Source: a virus (lineage: Duplodnaviria > Caudoviricetes). From it: a stretch of 31,593 nucleotides of DNA. Positions 20,041 through 27,546 of the stretch are shown here, in pieces. Within the stretch, counting starts at the first letter, position 1; each line of letters starts with the position of its first letter. The notes beneath the pieces are model-generated. The model saw only the letters and a list, made by a program, of their open reading frames with translations, was not told the origin of the DNA and searched no databases. The position numbers and the translations under genes are program-made. The DNA lies in the IMG/VR virus record IMGVR_UViG_3300005512_000200, positions 1-31,593 of that record; one strand, written 5' to 3'.

Positions 20041-20289
20041 ATGGCACTGACTAAAGCAATTATCAACGACAAGATCGAAGTTATCAATCAGGGTGATTGG
20101 TCTGTGGTGCAAGTACGCACTGCGACTATCATTGCAGAGGATGGCACAGAGATCAGCCGTACTTTTCATCGCCACACACTAGCCCCTGACGCTGATCTGA
20201 CAGCCGAGGCTGCTGACGTACAAGCTATTGCTGGAACTGTATTTACTGACGCGGTTAAGGCTGCCTACGCAGCTCGCCCAACGGAGTAG
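20041..20289 (+). CDS. Small tail-fibre assembly/associated protein
   Basis: AGGAG RBS; MALTK...DKIEV...VQVRTAT.I.EDG.EISRTFHRH pattern. Confidence 0.8.
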   Translation: MALTKAIINDKIEVINQGDWSVVQVRTATIIAEDGTEISRTFHRHTLAPDADLTAEAADVQAIAGTVFTDAVKAAYAARPTE

Positions 20290-20293
20290 GTAG

Positions 20294-20464
20294 ATGACAG
20301 AAGAGGCCAAAACAACTGCTGATATGGCGGCTGGTGGTATTACGTTAGGCGCTTTCTTTGAAGCGATACCTGAGATCACCGCTGTTGTGGCGTTGGGCTG
20401 GTGGCTTCTTCGCATCTGGGAAACTGAGACAGTCAAGAAGCTGACTGGGCGAGACGCAAAGTGA
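20294..20464 (+). CDS. Small membrane protein, holin-like (56 aa; not in ORF track)
   Basis: Translates as MTEEAKTTADMAAGGITLGAFFEAIPEITAVVALGWWLLRIWETETVKKLTGRDAK. GGAG RBS upstream; its stop overlaps the next GTG (GTGA). Confidence 0.75.
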   Translation: MTEEAKTTADMAAGGITLGAFFEAIPEITAVVALGWWLLRIWETETVKKLTGRDAK

Positions 20465-20658
20465 ACCCGCTGCTGCTGTTCGTTGTGGTGGTTATCCTGC
20501 CTAACGGACAGCCGCAAGTGGATGCTGGCGTTGTCGACAAATGCCCAGACACGCAAGCAATCATTCAGATTTACGAGCAGGCAGTATTGCGCGGCGACAT
20601 ACTCGACTGGCGAGCGCGATGCTACAACAGCGACCTGTTACGCCCCACCGGCACATGA
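20461..20658 (+). CDS. Hypothetical small protein with hydrophobic N-terminus and two Cys
   Basis: Coupled by 4-nt overlaps on both sides. Confidence 0.6.
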   Translation: MNPLLLFVVVVILPNGQPQVDAGVVDKCPDTQAIIQIYEQAVLRGDILDWRARCYNSDLLRPTGT

Positions 20659-20843
20659 TGGAATTTGTTTTGATAGTTTACCTTGGCGCGGCCAAGTGGG
20701 ATGACAGTCACACGTTCAAAAGTTTTGGGCAATGTGTTACTCTGTCTAAAGAGCTGGCGGCACAAGACAGCATCCCGGCGCAGGCCGGTAATGGCACATC
20801 GACCGTCAGAGCCGTGTGTTTGCCTGTAGCCAAGGAGCAGTAG
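20655..20843 (+). CDS. Hypothetical small protein (MMEFVLIVYLG...C...AVCLP)
   Basis: ATGA overlap with the previous stop; hydrophobic N-terminus and two Cys. Shorter than the track ORF starting at 20541. Confidence 0.65.
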   Translation: MMEFVLIVYLGAAKWDDSHTFKSFGQCVTLSKELAAQDSIPAQAGNGTSTVRAVCLPVAKEQ

Positions 20844-20844
20844 G

Positions 20845-21327
20845 TTGGATCCAATTACCATAGGTGCGGCTGTCAGTGGGGCTACAGCGGCGTTTAACAC
20901 TATAAAGCAGATGATTAACGCTGGGCGTGACCTCGAGTCTTGCATCAATGATGTGTCTCGTTGGATGAAGGCTGCGTCTGACATTGACCAAGCTGAAAAA
21001 CAAGCTAAGAATCCTCCTCTGTTTAAGAAACTTCAAGGCGCAGACACTGTGCAGCAACAGGCATTGCAAGTTTATGCTGCTAAAAAAAAGTTAGAAGCGC
21101 AACGTGCCGAGCTAAAACAATACCTACAGTTTACCTATGGGCCGCAAGCTTGGGCTGACTTAATTCAGCTTGAAGGACGCATCCGCAGAGAGCGTCAAGA
21201 GATGATCTATAAACAGCAAGAGGCAAGGCAGAAGATTGTTGAGGCAATTGCAATTGTAATTCTTGTCTTGCTTTCTGTAGGTGTAATGGGCTTTATTGGT
21301 GCATTGTTAATTTCTAAGGGGAATTAA
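20845..21327 (+). CDS. Hypothetical coiled-coil protein with C-terminal TM anchor
   Basis: AAGGAG RBS and TTG start; MDPITI..A..A...IK N-terminus; about 25-aa hydrophobic C-terminus. Confidence 0.8.
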   Translation: MDPITIGAAVSGATAAFNTIKQMINAGRDLESCINDVSRWMKAASDIDQAEKQAKNPPLFKKLQGADTVQQQALQVYAAKKKLEAQRAELKQYLQFTYGPQAWADLIQLEGRIRRERQEMIYKQQEARQKIVEAIAIVILVLLSVGVMGFIGALLISKGN

Positions 21328-21328
21328 A

Positions 21329-22351
21329 GTGACCAACGAGGAAAAGATACTAGAGGCTCAAGACCTTGTTAATATGCATGGCAGCATCAGGGCAGCAGCT
21401 AGAGAGTCGGGCATACCCAGATCAACTATCATCAATAGATTAAAAAGCGGAAGATCATCAGGCATCCTTGATAATAATGTTGGTTACAGACTTCCTCCAA
21501 AGCTAGACGATGACATACCAGTCGATGATATTGTCGATCAGCTTCATCAGCGTTTCAAAAAAAGAAAGAAGTATCGTGAGTCCAAGAAGTGGAGTCCGAT
21601 CTATATGAATACAGACGAGCCGATTGGTTTGCTCTGGCTTGGTGATCCGCACATTGATGACAATCACTGTGACTGGGATGCATTGAGGGAACACCTAGAT
21701 ATTATTAATAACTATGATGGTGTCTATGGTTGCTCACTAGGAGATCAACAGAACAACTGGGTTGGTAGGCTTGGTCGTTTGTATGGTGAGCAAGATACAT
21801 CACACAAGACAGCATGGAAGCTGGTCGAGTGGTTGATCCAAGAGATGAATCCAATGATTCTTATTGGTGGCAATCACGACATGTGGTCTGGTGCTGGCGA
21901 TCCGTTGAAGTGGATTGCAGAGTCGCACACAGTCTTTGAGAACTGGGAAGCTAGAATTGCTTTGAAGTTTCCAAACAAGCGTGAGTGCAAGATCTTTGTC
22001 GCGCATGACATGGCTGGGCATAGCCAGTGGAATCCATTACACGCACAGACAAAGACTGCAAAGTTTAGATCACATGCACACCTTTACATCAGTGGTCACA
22101 AACACAACTGGGCATTGGGACAGATTGAACTTGTAGAGGAAGAGCGCACTGCTTGGTTAGCAAGGGCGCGAGGTTACAAGTATCACGATACCTATGCTTT
22201 TGTTAAAGGCTTCGAGCAACAGAAGTTTGGTCAAGCAATTATGCAAGTGATTGACCCAACTAATCCTTCTGAGGTTTCATGGGTACAATGTTTTGCCGAT
22301 CCTCAGGAAGGTGCTGACTATCTACAATATCGTAGATCGCTTCGCAAGTAA
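21329..22351 (+). CDS. HTH + calcineurin-like metallophosphoesterase
   Basis: N-terminal HTH GSIRAAARESGIPRSTI; all five MPP motifs present: GDPH, GD, GNHD, H and GHKH. Confidence 0.9.
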   Translation: MTNEEKILEAQDLVNMHGSIRAAARESGIPRSTIINRLKSGRSSGILDNNVGYRLPPKLDDDIPVDDIVDQLHQRFKKRKKYRESKKWSPIYMNTDEPIGLLWLGDPHIDDNHCDWDALREHLDIINNYDGVYGCSLGDQQNNWVGRLGRLYGEQDTSHKTAWKLVEWLIQEMNPMILIGGNHDMWSGAGDPLKWIAESHTVFENWEARIALKFPNKRECKIFVAHDMAGHSQWNPLHAQTKTAKFRSHAHLYISGHKHNWALGQIELVEEERTAWLARARGYKYHDTYAFVKGFEQQKFGQAIMQVIDPTNPSEVSWVQCFADPQEGADYLQYRRSLRK

Positions 22352-22595
22352 CGGCAGCGTACCCAGCAATGTCAACCCAAGAGTCAACATGAAAAGGATC
22401 AGAATGTAAACGAGCTAACTTATTTAGAATGTGTAATGCCCCAACATCAAATGGAGTAACAGGTATATCTAGATGAGCTTGATAATAAGCGGCAGCAATA
22501 GAAAAATTCTCAGAAGGTTTTCCATAATTTTCACCGCGTTCTTTTACTGCGTCTTTGGCTTTAGCTAATATATCATTTCTAATTAGTTCGCTCAT
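22260..22595 (-). CDS. DUF6378-like (all-alpha NTP-pyrophosphatase-like) phage protein
   Basis: IL..A...V.ERGENYG.P.ENF..AA...KLAR.....H.DSWVDIAGYAA signature; GGTGA RBS before ATG 22595. Confidence 0.85.
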   Translation of the reverse strand: MSELIRNDILAKAKDAVKERGENYGKPSENFSIAAAYYQAHLDIPVTPFDVGALHILNKLARLHSDPFHVDSWVDIAGYAAVTCEAIYDIVDSQHLPEDRQNIVPMKPQKD

Positions 22596-22615
22596 TTTTT
22601 TCACCGAGGTTTGTT

Positions 22616-22855
22616 ATGATTGACAGGATAGAGGATCGAGTATTAAAGCTGAAATTATTGCCAAGAGCAATGATGATTATGATGTCATTGATGAGTTGGC
22701 GTGTAGTTGAATGGTTTATGGCATTGCCTGATCCTAGTCCGGCACAAGCTGGGCTTGTATCTGTAGTTACTGGGGCAATGACCGGAGCCTTTGCAGTGTG
22801 GATGAATCACGAAGGAAAGCATCATGTGGCAAGCACTAATAAATCCCATCGCTAG
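22616..22855 (+). CDS. Two-TM membrane protein (holin/antiholin candidate)
   Basis: GAGGT RBS; LLPRAMM...WFMALPDPS..QAGLVSVVTGA; two hydrophobic helices. Confidence 0.75.
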   Translation: MIDRIEDRVLKLKLLPRAMMIMMSLMSWRVVEWFMALPDPSPAQAGLVSVVTGAMTGAFAVWMNHEGKHHVASTNKSHR

Positions 22856-23201
22856 TTTAGCTGGCTCTTGGATGGAGTCAAAGGTAGAGCAGACTAAAGC
22901 CAAGGGCGCAGTAGCCAAAGCTAAAGCTGAAGCAGAGGCAGAAGTAATGAAGACCGCAGCCACTCACGAAGCTGGCTGGGAAAAGATCATGGCTCAGGCC
23001 AGTGACAATAGCTGGAAGGATGAGGCATGGACTGTCTTGTTTATAATTATTATTGCAATGTGTTTTATTCCAGTGACGCAGCCATTTGTTGAGCGCGGCT
23101 TTGACGCATTGTCTCGTACCCCTGACTGGTTTCAGTGGGCAGTGTATGCATCTATCGGTGCATCGTTTGGCTTGCGTGGTTTAAAGGGATTTAAGAAATG
23201 A
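22824..23201 (+). CDS. Holin candidate (GTA-holin/3TM-like)
   Basis: SWKDEAW, TM helices, P.WFQ and ASFGLRG..FKK C-terminus; directly before the endolysin. Confidence 0.75.
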   Translation: MWQALINPIASLAGSWMESKVEQTKAKGAVAKAKAEAEAEVMKTAATHEAGWEKIMAQASDNSWKDEAWTVLFIIIIAMCFIPVTQPFVERGFDALSRTPDWFQWAVYASIGASFGLRGLKGFKK

Positions 23202-23653
23202 GTTATTATCTGTCACCCAACTTTACTTTAGAAGAGATGGTTAAGAGCCAGACCGCTGAACGCAGGGGGATACCTAATGTCCCAGAGCTGCATCATATAG
23301 AAGCAATGGAGGCGTTGTGTGAGAATATCTTACAACCTATCCGTGATGAGTTCGGCCCATTCATAGTATCTTCTGGCTTTAGAAGTGCAGAGTTGTGTCT
23401 TGCTATTGGCAGTACTATTAACAGTCAACATGCCAAGGGAGAGGCGGCAGACTTTGAGGTAGGCGGCATTGATAATGCTGACTTGGCTATGTGGATCAGA
23501 GATAACCTACCATTCGATCAGTTAATCCTTGAGTGTTACACTGGTGGCAACAGTGGATGGGTTCATTGTAGCTATTGTAGCTACCAAGATAATCGCGGTG
23601 AGTTGCTTACGTTTGATCGTGTGAATGGTTATCGTAAGGGATTGATTCTTTAA
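23198..23653 (+). CDS. Endolysin, peptidase M15A (Zn D-Ala-D-Ala peptidase fold)
   Basis: LSPNFTLEEM, SSGFRS, SQHAKGEAADF and WVHCS zinc-ligand motifs. Confidence 0.92.
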   Translation: MSYYLSPNFTLEEMVKSQTAERRGIPNVPELHHIEAMEALCENILQPIRDEFGPFIVSSGFRSAELCLAIGSTINSQHAKGEAADFEVGGIDNADLAMWIRDNLPFDQLILECYTGGNSGWVHCSYCSYQDNRGELLTFDRVNGYRKGLIL

Positions 23654-23798
23654 CGTCAGTAACTTTGAGGCTGCAGACAAGGCACTCTCGCTGCCTTCTC
23701 TTTAGCGTGTCTTCAACTGTTACCAGTAAACTTCTGCAGCTTGGGCATCTGTCTTTAGATAGAAGTGTTTCCCAGCTACCATCTCCTTGTTCAAACAT
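23607..23798 (-). CDS. Small Zn-ribbon protein
   Basis: GGAGG RBS before ATG 23798; CPSC...CLVC; its 3' end overlaps the endolysin 3' end by 47 nt. Confidence 0.65.
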   Translation of the reverse strand: MFEQGDGSWETLLSKDRCPSCRSLLVTVEDTLKRRQRECLVCSLKVTDVKESIPYDNHSHDQT

Positions 23799-23812
23799 AT
23801 TGTCCTCCATAT

Positions 23813-23845
23813 AAAAGAGGCAGACCTGTAGAGTAGATCTGCCTC
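23813..23845 (-). terminator. Intrinsic terminator after SSB
   Basis: The minus strand reads GAGGCAGATCT-ACTCTAC-AGGTCTGCCTC-TTTT (11-bp stem with one G-U pair). Confidence 0.7.
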
Positions 23846-23884
23846 AGTATGATGAGTAAGAAGAACCACCAACCTCATCACTTA

Positions 23885-24265
23885 TTAGAACGGTACATCA
23901 TCTCCATCTAGGATCTTGACCAGCGGATCTTCTTTCGGCTGCGCTGCACCATTTGTTTTCTCCGATAGTTCAAAGGACATGTAGGCAGATCCGTCCTTTG
24001 TTCTACGCCATGCGGCTATGCGTAAGTTGTCTTGGTAAGGGCCAGTGTAGTCTGGCTTGTTCTGGTTGTCGCCCTTATCGTTCTCGAATAATGCACCAAC
24101 CTTTTGGTATAGGTCAATACGCGGCGTGCCATCTTTTGATGTGGTCTTGACAAGAACCAGATCTTCATTGTTGCCGTTGTTATCTACCTTCCCTTGCAGA
24201 ATCATAGCCATTTCTGGGAAGGGTTTAAAGGCTGCGCCTTTGTTAGTATTGTCGTAATCGCTCAT
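23885..24265 (-). CDS. Single-stranded DNA-binding protein (DUF736-like)
   Basis: VGALFENDK....PDYTG, IAAW...YMS and acidic tail DGDDVPF; AGGAGG RBS. Confidence 0.8.
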   Translation of the reverse strand: MSDYDNTNKGAAFKPFPEMAMILQGKVDNNGNNEDLVLVKTTSKDGTPRIDLYQKVGALFENDKGDNQNKPDYTGPYQDNLRIAAWRRTKDGSAYMSFELSEKTNGAAQPKEDPLVKILDGDDVPF

Positions 24266-24320
24266 AGAAGCCTCCTGAGTGGGGTTAAATTATTTGGGTA
24301 GGTGAGTAGCTATGAGGGGC

Positions 24321-24773
24321 TTACCACCCCTCACCGCCTTTTTTAGAGCTGTCTGCGGCATATTTATTACCGTCCATCTCTCCGAGGAATACATCTGCGT
24401 TGAATCCTAGATGCGACAGAGCCTTGGTAAGACCGTCAGTGATTGCCATCTTGGGTGCATCTTCTGCCATGCGACCCTTGGCTGCATCGAAGAACTTGCG
24501 GCAACCTGTGAAGGGGCCGAAGCAATACTCATCAGAACCAATCCAGATAGTGACATCGGCAACGACTGCGGTGTCTCCATTAGATACATCGATGAAGCGT
24601 GTGTTGTTCTTCCATCCCCAGCCTTGACCCACTGGGCCGAACTGTTCTGTGGCGCAGCGTACCTGATACTGAGGATCGATAGCAGTGAATGAACGTGATC
24701 CGAATGATACCTTCTTGAGATACTTTGGATCTGATTTAGATACTGTATTCCATAGCTTTAGATTGTCAGACAT
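24321..24773 (-). CDS. Sak/Rad52-like single-strand annealing protein
   Basis: FTAIDP.YQ...TEQFGPVGQGWG and EDAPKMAITDGLTKALSHLGFNADVFLG; lies between exonuclease and SSB; start at MSDNLKLW with AAGGAG RBS. Confidence 0.8.
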   Translation of the reverse strand: MSDNLKLWNTVSKSDPKYLKKVSFGSRSFTAIDPQYQVRCATEQFGPVGQGWGWKNNTRFIDVSNGDTAVVADVTIWIGSDEYCFGPFTGCRKFFDAAKGRMAEDAPKMAITDGLTKALSHLGFNADVFLGEMDGNKYAADSSKKGGEGW

Positions 24774-25548
24774 TCTGGTTCTCCTTAACTGTGACGCGAA
24801 GTGAGCCGCGCTTGTCGCGCTTGATAGAGAGAAGGTCACAGTATACTTCCCTCTCATCATCACCTACCATTGCCTTGAGATCAGACTTGGCAAGTTCAAA
24901 TAACTTTGCATTGCTTTCATGCTGTATGTAGTCATGGCAGCGTGAGATAAACTCGTTGTCAGATGATGCGTCCCTGCGTACCAGACCATCGACCTTGATC
25001 TTGTCGATGCTTACTGGCTCCGCAAGGTTGTCACCGAAAGGGCGTACGTTATCCCTTACGCATTGCCAAAACTCTTTGACCATGACTTGCATCTTCTTGA
25101 TGTAGTCCCAGTCCTTCTGGACATAGACACATTCCCATCTGCGATTGCCAAAGATTACAGATAGATAGCAGCCATCAAGGTGAGATACCCACATGTAAAA
25201 CTGTAGCTGCGGCATGTACATCTTGAGGCAACCTTCCATTGTGTTGCGCTCATAGGTGTGCTTGCACTCTACAATTGCTGTGTCAACAATCGCATCGACA
25301 GTACCTTTGAGTGGTACAGTTTCCCATTGCATCTCATAATATACTTGATGAGATTTTGTTTTTGTCTTGAAGTTTTTCTCAAACCATTTGATGTTGAAGT
25401 CTTCAGTGTGTGTGCCTAGCTGCACAGCTAGATTGTCAGATAGATCTTCTGGCTCGACAAGCCCAAGCTTCTCTTCCCATAGATCTACCCATTGACCATC
25501 CATAATGCGGCGCATATCTGAGCCGCCGATAAATCCCTTGCGTTCCAT
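24766..25548 (-). CDS. YqaJ/lambda-exonuclease-like recombination nuclease
   Basis: RKGFIGGSD, W.EKLG, VQLG...E, GTVDA..VECK and PQLQFYM motifs. Confidence 0.92.
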   Translation of the reverse strand: MERKGFIGGSDMRRIMDGQWVDLWEEKLGLVEPEDLSDNLAVQLGTHTEDFNIKWFEKNFKTKTKSHQVYYEMQWETVPLKGTVDAIVDTAIVECKHTYERNTMEGCLKMYMPQLQFYMWVSHLDGCYLSVIFGNRRWECVYVQKDWDYIKKMQVMVKEFWQCVRDNVRPFGDNLAEPVSIDKIKVDGLVRRDASSDNEFISRCHDYIQHESNAKLFELAKSDLKAMVGDDEREVYCDLLSIKRDKRGSLRVTVKENQNV

Positions 25549-25566
25549 TTGGTTCTCCTTTGTTTT

Positions 25567-25595
25567 GTTATACTGCAACTACGCAGTATGGTCAA
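25567..25595 (-). promoter_or_regulatory. Sigma70-like promoter with operator in spacer
   Basis: The minus strand reads TTGACC-17 bp-TATAAC. The palindrome TACTGCA-ACTA-CGCAGTA (25571-25588) fills the spacer. Confidence 0.75.
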
Positions 25596-26214
25596 GGGTT
25601 AATAGTTGTTTTTCAAATGCTTCTAGTAGTTTGTACCTAGTCTTGAGCTTGTATTCGATGTGCTTATGAAACTCTGCATAGGCTGGCCAGAAGGTTGTGG
25701 TCTTGGCAACATTGTCAATAGCCCTGATAACTATGTCGGCAGGGAATGACACAAGCTGAGATGTGATTGCTTTTATCCTGATCTTATGATCGGAAGACGA
25801 CTCACCTGTTGGCTTCACCACCAGCGCAGCCAACACGGTGAGGCGTTGCGCGATCTCTTCTGCCGGCAGTGGGGTGAGTGACTGCTTGATCTTCTTGATA
25901 GCTTGGATGCACTTGTCCTTGTCTTCACAGCGGATCTTATATCCCTGCAGTTGTATGTCTACAGTATCATCCTTGAGGTAGCGTGTGCGCTGGATAGGCT
26001 CGACTCTAAAGCCCGTCAATAATTCCAGCGAAGTAATCAGCCTTTTGTCTACCGCCAGAGGATCGGCTGCCGATACCAGTAGTGCTATTGCTTGCTCTTG
26101 CTCGGCTATACTTAACTGAATTTCTACACCAGTTCCTGTAGGCTTTGTCGACGCTGGCAAAGACATTGCCTTTGGACTGATGGTAATCGCGGAAGCTAGG
26201 GGTTTCATACTCAT
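25579..26214 (-). CDS. Replication accessory protein (helicase-loader / lambda P-like position)
   Basis: C-terminal L..FPADIV..AI......FWPAYAEF pattern typical of genes following phage initiators. The start is uncertain; AAGGAGAACC precedes ATG 26214. Confidence 0.6.
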   Translation of the reverse strand: MSMKPLASAITISPKAMSLPASTKPTGTGVEIQLSIAEQEQAIALLVSAADPLAVDKRLITSLELLTGFRVEPIQRTRYLKDDTVDIQLQGYKIRCEDKDKCIQAIKKIKQSLTPLPAEEIAQRLTVLAALVVKPTGESSSDHKIRIKAITSQLVSFPADIVIRAIDNVAKTTTFWPAYAEFHKHIEYKLKTRYKLLEAFEKQLLTLDHTA

Positions 26215-26632
26215 GGTCAAGGTTCTCCTTCAATGATTCATTTATAGACTCAATCAATTCATCAGATGGTTTCCAATCTTCTGGCACTCCCCCTCTTTTC
26301 TTAGTTGATAGTTTCTTTGATAGGTTAGGGTCTCTGTGTGAGACTGCCTCGTCTCTGTGTGAGACAGTCTCTCTGAGAGACAGCAGGGTATAGAGTGTAG
26401 ACTTTTGTGAGTTGCCCTTGTCTCTATGAATAATGCCTGATTGTTCAAGATCATTTAGTTTTCTAGCTACAGTTGCTCTGCTCATACTGGTGCGCTGCAC
26501 TAGCCTGTCTATGCTAGGCCAGCACTGTAGTCTATCTTCATCTGCATGATCTGCAAGCACGACAAGCAGCCACTTGGCTAGTGGATCTGGAATGTCTGCT
26601 TGTATAGCCTTTGCCATTGCAACAAATGCCAT
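26006..26632 (-). CDS. Replication initiator: N-terminal HTH_36-like, C-terminal DnaT-like domain
   Basis: KWLLVVLADHAD....CWPSIDRL....MSRATV...L..LE..GII; VPEDWKPS...FRDYH...YRNWCRN; internal iterons. Confidence 0.88.
   Translation of the reverse strand: MAFVAMAKAIQADIPDPLAKWLLVVLADHADEDRLQCWPSIDRLVQRTSMSRATVARKLNDLEQSGIIHRDKGNSQKSTLYTLLSLRETVSHRDEAVSHRDPNLSKKLSTKKRGGVPEDWKPSDELIESINESLKENLDHEYETPSFRDYHQSKGNVFASVDKAYRNWCRNSVKYSRARASNSTTGIGSRSSGGRQKADYFAGIIDGL
26305..26381. repeat. Replication origin iterons inside the initiator gene
   Basis: GTCTCTGTGTGAGAC at 26330 and 26351, GTCTCTCTGAGAGAC at 26367 (each GTCTC-N5-GAGAC). Adjacent T-rich tract with TTGATAG twice. Confidence 0.8.
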
Positions 26633-26642
26633 GTGGTTCTCC

Positions 26643-26969
26643 TTATTTTTTGATGAGTGGTGCTATCCTTTCTTCAAAGAAATCACCATCGAATATGACT
26701 AGGGTTTTTGGAGTGCCGTGCCTCCGCTTATATAGGGCTGCGTCACGGCCCTCCATTATTGAGAAGGGATTGGGGAAGTTTGACTTGTCACGATACTTGA
26801 CCTCAACTACCAGTCGTTCTCCCCCGAACTCCCAGATGATGTCGCCGCGATACTCGCCTCCCAAGCTGCCCGAGAGGGGCTGGCGTTTCGCTTGGAAGCC
26901 GAGCTTCTTGAGCCAGTCAACGAACCACTTCTCGTGGTAGTTTCCTTTGTTGCGATTTTTGTTTGCCAT
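26643..26969 (-). CDS. Holliday junction resolvase, Hjc-like PD-(D/E)xK
   Basis: NRNKG..HE, RQPLSG, GDI and VEVK motifs. Confidence 0.88.
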   Translation of the reverse strand: MANKNRNKGNYHEKWFVDWLKKLGFQAKRQPLSGSLGGEYRGDIIWEFGGERLVVEVKYRDKSNFPNPFSIMEGRDAALYKRRHGTPKTLVIFDGDFFEERIAPLIKK

Positions 26970-27142
26970 GTTTCCCTCTCATAGCAATCGACACAGATTA
27001 TATAATGCGCCACTGGTTCTATAGATGCAAGCACTGCAACAAAGTATGGTGTACTAACTGCACATGCTTCGCATGTTTGTGGTCTGCCAGCTCTATCGTT
27101 TAGAATTTTTCTTCGTGATCTTGATCTGACAGCCAAGTGCAT
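26807..27142 (-). CDS. Possible small Zn-finger protein, overprinted on neighbours
   Basis: CEAC...CVDC fills the 26970-27092 gap; start uncertain; the C-terminus overlaps the resolvase. Confidence 0.4.
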   Translation of the reverse strand: MHLAVRSRSRRKILNDRAGRPQTCEACAVSTPYFVAVLASIEPVAHYIICVDCYERETWQTKIATKETTTRSGSLTGSRSSASKRNASPSRAAWEASIAATSSGSSGENDW

Positions 27143-27347
27143 CTAGCCAGCACGAAAAGAGAAACCCGCTTGGCACTCTCTTGTACTGTTCCCATTTGTG
27201 AATTAAAGATTTAGCACAGCCAATGCGATGAGCCAGCTCTTCTTGACTTATCTTTTGACTGTTGCGTTCTTGTACAAGCTGATAGATTATCATCTCGTAG
27301 GTATCAGGAACAGGCGTTTCTTTCTTGAAGTGCTGAAAGTTTTTCAA
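27093..27347 (-). CDS. XRE-family HTH regulator
   Basis: RNSQKISQEELAHRIGCAKSLIHKWEQYKRVPS...ALG. Confidence 0.88.
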   Translation of the reverse strand: MKNFQHFKKETPVPDTYEMIIYQLVQERNSQKISQEELAHRIGCAKSLIHKWEQYKRVPSGFLFSCWLDALGCQIKITKKNSKR

Positions 27348-27507
27348 TAGCCTTTTCCACTTTGCAAGCTGTGCTGTGTCTCAAATTTCTACCCATCTTT
27401 GCGCGGTAAAAAGTTGAGTCGGGAACACCAGCATATACAAAGGCTTTCTTTAGATCTACCTTTGCAGATGCTGATTGTTCTCTCAATGTATCCATGTAAC
27501 TAAGCAT
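27304..27507 (-). CDS. Cro-like HTH protein (probably leaderless)
   Basis: AFVYAGVPDSTFYR...GRNLRHSTA.KV; ATG 27507 lies 6 nt after a -10 box. Confidence 0.7.
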   Translation of the reverse strand: MLSYMDTLREQSASAKVDLKKAFVYAGVPDSTFYRAKMGRNLRHSTACKVEKAIEKLSALQERNACS

Positions 27508-27513
27508 GGTCAC

Positions 27514-27542
27514 ATAATCTGCACAGATGCAGTGGTTGTCAA
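27514..27542 (-). promoter_or_regulatory. Sigma70-like promoter with operator in spacer
   Basis: The minus strand reads TTGACA-17 bp-GATTAT; palindrome CTGCA-CAGA-TGCAG at 27519-27532. Confidence 0.75.
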
Positions 27543-27546
27543 CAGG

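Noticed and set aside
14953-20289. Diversity-generating retroelement, as in BPP-1
   Set aside because: No reverse transcriptase ORF, and I saw no TR/VR repeat pair differing at adenines.
23850-23880. TGATGAG/CTCATCA hairpin as ribozyme or sRNA
   Set aside because: Single 7-bp stem with a large loop and no catalytic core; at most an accessory to the adjacent terminator.
26330-26381. CRISPR-like mini array
   Set aside because: Repeats are 15 bp with 1-6 bp gaps inside a coding gene; better explained as iterons.
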